From positions 1-36,341 of the forward strand of contig JYFJ02003925.1 in assembly GCA_000934665.2 (NCBI GenBank): a stretch of DNA of 36,341 nt. Reading direction: 5' to 3'. Positions 1-26,230 of the stretch are shown here, in pieces. Under the pieces are notes generated by a model. That model made no database searches. It was given only the letters and a program-made list of their open reading frames with translations, and had not been told where the DNA came from. A program made the position numbers and the translations under genes. This stretch comes from Catajapyx aquilonaris (lineage: Eukaryota). Numbering within the stretch: position 1 is the first letter of the stretch; the number at the start of each line of letters is the position of its first letter.

Positions 1-383
1 CTGCAGGTCAATACGTTACAAGGCCTGTCTGATCAAGGCCTCTGTGCACATTGCTCTCCACTTGTTGAACTGTGCACACTTCTATAGGGCCATCGGCTTC
101 ACAGTTCACATGAACCCCAACTACCGAGAGTCACACACGGGCCACACCTGCTGCGTGCCGGGGATGTATTAAAAAATCGGCATGAAAAAAATATTTGCGT
201 GCAGAAATATTCGCAAGTGAAAAATATTGGCGTGTAAAAAATCCGAGTTGGATTGAAAATGAACACTCGCGACATCTGTTGGGAGACACTCGAACTTCGG
301 TTGTAAGGCCCGGGGATTTTTTAAAATGAAAATTGGACGCGGTCGAATTTGCATAAAAACAATATGTTTAAGTGGATGTCTTC

Positions 384-612
384 ACCTGCAATTATGCTTC
401 AGGTAATTCTCATGTTCAAGGGCATGCAACAGAAAGCAAAGTCATTCCGCATCTGCGCACATTGTTTTCCGCAGCTGTTGGCACAATCCATATTCATTTA
501 TAAAACATCTGGTACAATGACTACAATATAATTATCCTGTGTGTACTGAAATATTGGAAATGACGCAAGTTTATGACTTCAAAAATAAGAATGCTCTTTA
601 CTATATCATAGA
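384..612. repeat. Diverged direct repeat, copy 1 (partner at 4253-4452)
   Basis: Collinear shared blocks: ACCTGCAATTATG (384/4253); a 43-nt block GAAAGCAAAG...TTTTCC(G/A)CAG with 39/43 identity (432-474 vs 4300-4342); TATGACTTCAAAAATAAG identical (572-589 vs 4397-4414); CTTTACTATATCA(T/C)AGA at the end. Confidence 0.85.
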
Positions 613-682
613 CTTTGAATGTCACACATCGTATGAATATATAAGATAAAATGTCCCTTAAATTTTTTTGTGGCAATGTGCC

Positions 683-2111
683 TTAAAAGTAAACTGGGAA
701 ACCAGCTGGGAAAAGTGTAGTGTTGATCTGACTGGGTGGGTGGCTAGGTGGTTTGGGAAAAAGCTCTCGATACATCCCATCATCCAGTTCAACTGACTTG
801 AGCTTCTGGCATTTTGATAGCTGGTCGACCAGCCCACTACGGGTGATACCGAGACACTCCAGCAGAAAAAGGCTGGTCAACTGGGGACAATTTGATGCAA
901 TGAGAGAGAGGTGGCGGTCCCTTAGCATGTTGAAACGAGCAATCTCAAGGCACTCCAGTTTCCCAAGGACCTGTTCTGCAGAGAAAAAGGAGCTGATTTC
1001 ACTTAGCGTGGCCTTATGAACCGGCATCAATACAAGTCGGCGAAGGTTTCGCAGTGTGCTGATGCCCTCCTGTACGCAGCGCAACCGCACTGCAGAGCGT
1101 GGTTCCAGTTCCAAGTCTTCCAGCTGGCAGCACTGGTTGAGAAGATGGCATGACTGAGGACGAAACAAGGTGCCAATTTTGAGCTTCCGAATGTGCCCTG
1201 CAGCAGCAGCACACACTGCCTTCAACTCTGCATCAGCAGAATGACAGGAATAATGCAATTCAACATCTGTCAGTCTAGGCCAGTTCCTTTGGATGGAAGT
1301 GTTAAGCCTCATGTGTTTACGAGTTAAATCCAGAGCAACCGTCTCAAGATTAGCATGTAGTGCATATGCATCCAAGGGATGTGGTGTACCAGTCGGGAAG
1401 TACACATGCATCAGTGTCAGCTCCTTAATATCCTTGCAACTGTGAAAAATATGGAAGGGAGCAGATATAATAATCAGTCTGATATAACATCAATAATGAA
1501 GGCGTGCTGACTAACCAGGCCAACTCACTTTTGGACCACATGCATAAATGTCTCGCGGGAACTGACAGAGCAATCAGTAAGATCCAGCGATTCCAATCCG
1601 GGATACAAGTCTGCGACAAGTGTCAGGATTGGGTCCACCGGAAGGTTCTTCCACCTGACCAGGCGCACCCCCTTCAGCTGCGTCATGGTTGGAATGAGCT
1701 CCATTGCTCTCTTCAGAGTTACACGTCTCTTGTCTAGTTCTACCAGCTTCCAGAGAGAGAGGTCCTCTGCCACCCTCTTCCAAGCCTTACACACTAGACC
1801 AGCCCTAAGTAACAGATCTTCTTGGCACAGGTGTGAGAAGATCATGAGGAGGACTTCTTCAGGAAGCCGACCCACCAAATCAGCATGAGCCTGAAGAATG
1901 AATGAATCGACAGAATAAGCGTCCGTTGCAGTCACTCTCACACAGTAGTATTATGCAAATCTTCAGTGTCATCTTTTTGCTGCTACTGTAGTTACAATAA
2001 TGTAGTAGCGAGAAATCTTAACCATGACACATCGTGCATTAACCTCACCTCCTTCTTTCTCTTGGCTCCATCCCCTTCCTCGTCATTGGCCCTTCTCTTC
2101 CTTCTGTCCAT
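683..2111 (-). CDS. F-box/LRR-repeat protein (FBXL-like), 393 aa; exons 2111-2049, 1890-1529, 1439-683
   Basis: F-box motif LVGRLPEEVLLMIFSHLCQEDLLLRAGLVCKAWKRVAEDLSLW is followed by Cys-containing LRRs (LESLDLTDCSV, IASNCPQLTSLFLLECLGIT, SKCQKLKSVEL). GT-AG introns 2048-1891 (phase 0) and 1528-1440 (phase 2) join the frames, and the spliced length of 1182 nt is divisible by 3. Exon 1 (MDRRKRRANDEEGDGAKRKKE) resembles a bipartite NLS. Confidence 0.88.
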
Positions 2112-2833
2112 GTCACCAGGGTGAGGGCTGCCCTACACCAGGGAATTTAAAACAGGCTTCATACGATTTTTCTCAAGTGTTGACCGAACTATGGTCACTA
2201 ACAACAACCGGCCAGTTGACAACACTTATCAGTCAGAATTCCAACTGGCTGCACCAGAACATTGAATAAAGATCTTGGTGAAAGACGCGAGTGCACAAGC
2301 CTCACAATGCTCCATCTACACTGTGCAGTCTTCAAACTCAGTTTGATCCCACAAGTGCAAGACAAAATATCAGACTAGTTCAACATCACTCTCCCTTCCA
2401 ACAGAAATAAATGATTCAAAATCTGACAAACTTCCAACAAAAACTAGACTGATTTCACCTAATGGCACTTTTCGTCAACAGTACAAGTCAACGGAGGTTT
2501 CTCAGGTTGCAGATATTATACCCAACCCTCCTCAATTTGGCGCAATTGCACCCCAGAGAGCTGAATCAGTGTCAGGTCATCCAGTTGGCAGCAAGAAACT
2601 AATTCTGAGTTTGCGAATATGTCCCGCATAGAAAGCCGTAAGCTGGCTGGATTAAAATAAACTATTTTATCTGGAGTAATGTAAAATTTGTTCTCATTTC
2701 TTTCCCCCAATTATTTCTTAATCATGATGTAAAGTATTGTTATATACATCAGTACACAGCAAGGGCACAAACTGAGGTTGTAACTAACTTGCAACAACAT
2801 ATCAGTAGCCTACATCGCATATGTGGTTCTCAC

Positions 2834-4215
2834 AGTTTCTTTAGCTGCAATTGCATAAGTGCGGCCCATCTTCTTGATCTCCTGATGGATCAAGACTCTG
2901 GCTGCGTCGTGCTGCTGCTTGAAGCTTTCAATCCAGCATCTGCCGCTTCGATCTCTGGAATCGCCAGTCCTATTCTTGAAGGAGAAGGCAATTGACATCT
3001 AGAGATCATATCACTACTGGGATTCTCAATAGTCCACACGAACATTGCAACTGGCATAGATGAGTCCTGGAATCCAAGGAATGCGTGCGTAACATTTATT
3101 TCCTAATCAGATCTATATTATATCAGCTTCACTTTGTAGTTGTGGGGTATGACTGCCTGCGGACTAGTCTCAGGTTGACCTCCGAAATCTAGTACTCAGC
3201 CCATGATCTCGGATACAGAGCATGCTGGTAGGTCCCATTCTTTCCAGGGCCCACTTCCCAAGACCATGTCCTGCAGGTTTTCATTGGGAGTTCAACACTT
3301 TCAGGTACAGTGCACCAGCCGAATCCACATGCCTTAAAGCGCACTATGAACCGGTCCGCCTTCACTGTGTTGTACAGTACTCGTAAATCCCTGGAATGAT
3401 CTGAAAGCCGCAAAACTTTCCTTGGAATCCTCTGCCTATAGGTCCGCCACCTATTCCACCAATCGGTACACCCGAAAAATATTGGAAGTACCACATTGCA
3501 CACAAAAATTGTTGGACATGAAAAAATTTGCAGTGTAAAACCCTAACAATGGTACAGAACATCGGTATATGATACTTAGCATTGATACATCTGCTTGCTC
3601 TTCAACATCGTCACGCAATCAATGAATGGCCGCCGCTGCATCATGCATATCACCAGATACCAGAATATGTAGCCTACCTGTAAAAACAGGACATAATGTA
3701 CTGTACAATATGTGACTTGCTTTCAACATGTATGTACTAGCCACTACGACTCGTATAAGCCAGAATCACTGCCAATAAGACATGGGCCAGAGATTACAGC
3801 ACAAACAATAGACACTATGCATATGTCATCAGCACAAAATGTTTTTAACATGAGGAATCCTTGCCAAAAATTCTGATGCAAAATACTGGGTTAGGGGGGT
3901 TAAAAGGGTTAGTCACTTTATACTATAGCATGCGACGGACTTTCCAACAAACACACTTCAAGGACTTCCAGAACTTTGTCTGGACTTCCCTCGTATTTCA
4001 GTCTCAGTGTATGACAGACTTCGTAAGTGAAAAACCCCTTGAGATGCATACTTTTAATATTATTAAACTTTGCTGCTAATTAGGTGGCTTAATTTACAAA
4101 AAAATCAAATGTTTTATTACCTGAAGAAGAGCGGTATAAACTGGATGAGCTGCCTGATGCGTGGCCTGATGTTCTGGTCCCTGCTCTCCGGGAATATGTG
4201 GTCCCATTCCATAAA
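2834..4215 (-). pseudogene. GBA2: Non-lysosomal glucosylceramidase (GH116) pseudogene fragment covering the N-terminal domain only; four relic exons ~4215-4121, 3677-~3580, 3471-3133, 3066-2834
   Basis: Relic peptides appear in GBA2 order: DHIFPESRDQNIRPRIRQLIQFIPLFFR / YIFWY...RRPFID...KQMY / [42 protein letters not shown] / HALYPRSWAEY / IPHNYK|DSSMPVAMFVWTIEN / SIAFSFKN...TYAIAAKET. Lesions: in-frame TAG at 3189-3191, several frameshifts, acceptor AG->GG at 3473, and no recognisable start or catalytic C-terminal domain. Confidence 0.9.
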
Positions 4216-4252
4216 CCTTTTTTTTTTCAATGAGAAAAAGTCTGAATACCTT

Positions 4253-4452
4253 ACCTGCAATTATGTTTTAACAAGTTATTTTCTTACTTTCATGTGCCTG
4301 AAAGCAAAGTGATTCCGCATCTGTACACATTGTTTTCCACAGATTCATAGCCAGCTGTGGTCCCGATCTGAATTCATACACATCAGGTGCACCACATATG
4401 ACTTCAAAAATAAGCTTGCATATTCCGCCACGTTTCTTTACTATATCACAGA
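4253..4452. repeat. Diverged direct repeat, copy 2 (partner at 384-612)
   Basis: Same orientation and block order as 384-612, about 3.87 kb away. Confidence 0.85.
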
Positions 4453-4876
4453 GCATCCATTAAATTAGAGGCACTAGACATGCAGCTTAACTAGCATTGT
4501 AAAAGTTCTTGAGAGGAACAGAATTAATTGCATACACAGCAGTTAAAAGAAGGGAAATAGGAAATATTTTTACTTGAACACATACTGGGTGTGGACTCAA
4601 AAAAAAAAGGGTATGGGAATGGTGTGGGGGGAAAAAATAAGTACTCTTCCCTTACATGATCGATACTTTTTCTCTAGGCTTTCTCAGCAGCACCAATGGA
4701 TAGCTTTTCTTTTCATTCTGTGTTGCAGTTGCAACAACTCTCACATCTTTGGCTAATTCTCCAGCAGAGAGAAAAAATAATTAATAAAAAAATGGTGGCT
4801 GCCACTTCTACAATGTACAAACTCTGCACGTTTTGTCTCTCTGTTATAATACACAAATGCCGATGGATTGCGGGGG

Positions 4877-22503
<17,627 letters not shown>

Positions 22504-22554
22504 CCTCCTGGCCACACTTTTCAACAGCGCCCGCGGAACATCCTCTGGAGCAAG

Positions 22555-22760
22555 TTTCTTCTTCCTTCTTCTTCTTTCAGACGAAGGATGCTCACACGCA
22601 CACGCACGGCCACACACTTGGGGTCCCGCCCTCACACTCTCCCTTTTTCTTTCCCTTCTTCTTCCCCTTTCCAACCACCCACCAACACCCCCCCTTCTCC
22701 TTCCAACACAACCCCCACTCACGACCTCCACCCCCACACACAAACACACCACACCCTTCA
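22555..22760 (-). repeat. Low-complexity G/A- and G/T-rich tract just 5' of the fibrillin ATG
   Basis: The + strand is C-rich ((CTT)n, CA repeats, CCCCC runs), so the coding strand carries multiple G3-G6 runs. Confidence 0.6.
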
Positions 22761-24355
22761 TCTCATCTTTCCCGCAGCATCTTTTACAGGCTCATGCTTG
22801 ACCTGCCCTCTGGAGCACAGCATCCCAAACAAAGATGGTCATGTTGATGGGCCATGTAGAGATGAAACATCATCATGTTATTCCTGACTTCTTATTTATT
22901 TATGTCACGCCCTGAAAATGTCTCATCTGAGTCTGTAAGGAGAAGAGGTGAGGAGGAGTGGAAAGGGGGGGATTATACACATACACACACACTCACGCAC
23001 ATAAAAAAAAACAAGAGGTCGTTTGTATGAGATCCAAATCCAAAATAACACACAGATGATACGTTGTTCCGGAACTTGAACTCAAAGACTGTCACGTAAA
23101 CAGGCTTAAGTGGTGTCAAGGATTTGGAAATTGTTTCAAAATAGCTGGGGGTCACTTTTCGGATTACTTCAGTAACTTCTAAGCTCATCCGCATTGTCCA
23201 GAAGTGCAGCATGTCCTATTATGCAGTGGTATTCACGACACATCATCAGATAATTTTGTACGTATTAACGTGAGTATAAAGTTTACACAAAGTGTAAGCA
23301 CATAAGGAGAAACTGGACATTTGAAAATGACCGCCAAGACGATGCACATTTCGAAAAATCATCTTACTCAAATAGAGTTCATTAAATGATCAACGTTCAG
23401 ATTACCATTGGATCCTTTCCAAATGGCATCTCCCGCTCCTTCATACATCCCACTGAGAATTAATTGCGCATATTTACCACTGAGGCAATATTACAAGAGG
23501 CCTCAAAATTATCTTGGACGTGTGCTGACAAGTCGAACCGCGCCTCAAACGTGAACCCGGGCCCCCAATCAATCCGTTTGTTCGATTGTTTATTTATTTA
23601 TTTTTCGGAGAAATTTCGCCCAGGAACCGTTCCCGGCAGTCATACACGTTTCTTACTTGGTTGGCTGAAATGGTGTGCAAAATAAAATGTTTGTGTAGTG
23701 GGAACTAACTAAGGGAAGTAAAATATGGGCCTGCACATTATTGGCGATTCAATGACAAGTTGTCATAAAGTGACATGTACAGAAGGGAATATATTCCCTT
23801 GCCCCATCAGGCATCTCTCTTGAGAATCACTAAATGAGTAAGCTTTTAAAATTACTGGAAATTACAAGTACTGTATTAATTGATATGTTATGGATTAAAA
23901 TATATGATTCATACTTATAATTAAAATTATAGCCAATATTTACCCCATTTTTTGTCAAATTGCCAGGTGTCTCAATATTAATTAAATTTCAAATGAAAGG
24001 CATGTACAGTAATTGTGAATGAAATGCATCTGAAAAATAAATAGGCTCAGTGTTCACTGGCAGATGACAGACCCAGAACCACCTGTCACTGTATTAAGAC
24101 AAACTTGCTATGATACGGGCCAATGATATGATTTTTTTCCCCCTTTGGAGAATCAGAGACACAGTACAAAACAAACAACTTTTCTGCATTGTAAGCCAGG
24201 AGAAAATTCAAGGCCCATTACCTTTTGCATAAAACATCACTAGTGGATTGGATTTCTCACCAAGCTTCAGGAGAGGTATGTGAAGGCCCAGGTGTATCAA
24301 TATATTCAGTCCTATTGTAAATGTTGAGAACAAAAAAAGTTTGCCTGAGGATGCC

Positions 24356-24419
24356 CAAGATTACTAAATGGTGGGTCACATCAGAGTCCTGTGATATGAC
24401 CTATCATTTAGTAATTTTG
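24356..24419 (+). other. 64-nt near-perfect hairpin (28-bp stem, 8-nt loop)
   Basis: CAAGATTACTAAATGGTGGGTCACATCA-gagtcctg-TGATATGACCTATCATTTAGTAATTTTG; on the + strand there are three G-U pairs and one C-A mismatch. Confidence 0.8.
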
Positions 24420-24983
24420 AACACTTTTTTAGCCAAAATTGAAGGGCATTGGAAACAAGTGCATGTATGAATCTCTCTTTAGTGTTTGTAATGTGTTGAA
24501 ATTCCCCACCTAATTCCAGGACAATCCATACACTAAGTTAATTAAAATATTTTCTACCATATCAAAAACTCTTACCTTTATTATGAATACCAGTACTTAT
24601 TCTGCACAAACATATAAAAATGTCTTGGTTGCTTTAAATATAGTGAATTAAATATTTATACACTACATGAAATATTTGAAGACATCAGGGGAAGAACGAT
24701 CAAGGTCCACTTTATGTAAAAAAATGAGCTACATATCTCAGAAGATACTTTCACTAGTGTAGAATATGATGGTTTGGTCATAGTTGTGCAGTAATGATCA
24801 TAGGTCACAATGGAAGGCCCAGAGGGATTTACAATGGAGCCTTATGGGCCTGGGAAATTTAAAATGGGATTATCTCAGTTTCACCTGAGGTGAACCTTGA
24901 TCGTTTCTCTCCCAAGTCTCTCCAAGTCTCTCCAAATCCCAAGGTCTTAATTTATATGATAAAACAATGCACTCTTAGTTATA

Positions 24984-25413
24984 CAGGGCGAAGGGAAACT
25001 CGCGGACAATTGCCAGGTAAGACTGATAGTACTTGCAAAACTAATATAGGGATGTGCAGTTAGTTTTTGGCTCCATTGCATAGTTAATGCGTCTTTAAAG
25101 TGTAGAGGGCCGGATAGTAGACTATGAGGTAAAAACAACAAAGTGCCATACCCGGATTCTTACTCTGACGGGATTTGATCACCTATTGCAAATGGATGAT
25201 GTGTTAGGGGACCAAGGCAAGGGACTGGACACCCTCCAGCTGACTTTTGCTTCCTTGAAGCTGGTGGAATGGATGTGACGTCACGAAACTTTGACGGCGC
25301 CATAAGCATTAACTACTCAACGGATCCAAAAACTAATTGCACATCCGTATGTTAGCATTATACGAGTACTATCAGTCTACCTCGCAATTGTCCATGAGGT
25401 TCCCTTCGCCTTG
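24984..25413. mobile_element. Non-autonomous Tc1/mariner-like MITE (430 bp) with ~105-bp imperfect TIRs
   Basis: The left end TA-CAGGGCGAAGGGAAACTCGCGGACAATTGCCAGGTAAGACTGATAGTACT... matches the reverse complement of the right end ...AGTACTATCAGTCTACCTCGCAATTGTCCATGAGGTTCCCTTCGCCTTG-TA. Confidence 0.85.
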
Positions 25414-26230
25414 TATTATCATTACAATATATGTACTACAGGCCTACTTCAAAAATATGTCTTGATCTCTCTAACACTTCATTATATACCCAATGTTAAC
25501 CAAATGAAGACACCTTCCAACTCTGTTTGAGATCAATATTTGACTGCTAAATTAGTCATGAACTGTGTCCTTCCCCAATCAATAAAGAGAAGCAACCCAT
25601 TGGAAGCAACAATTATGGACATTGCTCTAGCTCTCCTTTAGATGATTGCTGGATTGCGCAATCGATAAATTTTTCCCTTGAACTTGGGGCTTGCCCAGTG
25701 CGCAATCCAGAATAAAGGCCTCAATAATAACAGTTTTATTAATCCAACAAATGCATATTTTGGGGCTGGGACCTACTTAGTTCTTCAGTAATATTTTTAC
25801 AGTGAAACCTAGTGTGGGAACTGGTTAAAAGTGGAATTTTTATTTGGTCCAGGATGATGATTTTCAATGTACAGTATTTCTCTGGCATGTAGCAGAAACT
25901 TGTTCATTATAAAACAGAGCAATTTCATTACATGAATGTTTCATTGTATGAGGATATTACAATGAATTTCATATTTTGGGAATTTAAATTCTGTCTCCAT
26001 GCATCATTAATTTTCAGTTAATTATAAGTCAGGAACCTCGGCTCATTCACACATGAGTGTTATCCTTATCATCAGCAAAATTTCACTAATATTGAGCAAA
26101 GTGGATATATTACTGTCAATAAAAAACCATATCTTATTTCTGTGTTAACAATGCAAGGATTCATCCATTGCTCAACATGAGATTGTTTGAACGTGATTGT
26201 CTCATGTCCATTACACCAAGTAATGAATTT

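Noticed and set aside
2..172. Open + strand frame CRSIRYKACL...TCCVPGMY* after a possible CAG acceptor
   Set aside because: Only 56 codons with no recognisable homology, which is plausible by chance; upstream context lies outside the window.
186..240. Three loose ~16-nt repeats AAATATT(T/C/G)GC
   Set aside because: Too short and degenerate; no spacers or termini; not CRISPR-like.
2516..2710. Minus-strand ORF with YFNPAS as a possible further GBA2 exon
   Set aside because: Similarity is limited to a few residues, so it was not included in the pseudogene span.
22973..23212. 79-aa minus-strand ORF upstream of fibrillin
   Set aside because: No homology, and it ends in a (TG)n-derived VCVCV tail.
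24905..24938. (TCTCCAAGTC)-type tandem of 2-3 units
   Set aside because: Trivial micro-duplication.
26092..26208. Two small inverted repeats 3' of the AFG2B TGA as a possible SECIS
   Set aside because: No AUGA/GA quartet with apical AA geometry, and AFG2B is not a known selenoprotein.
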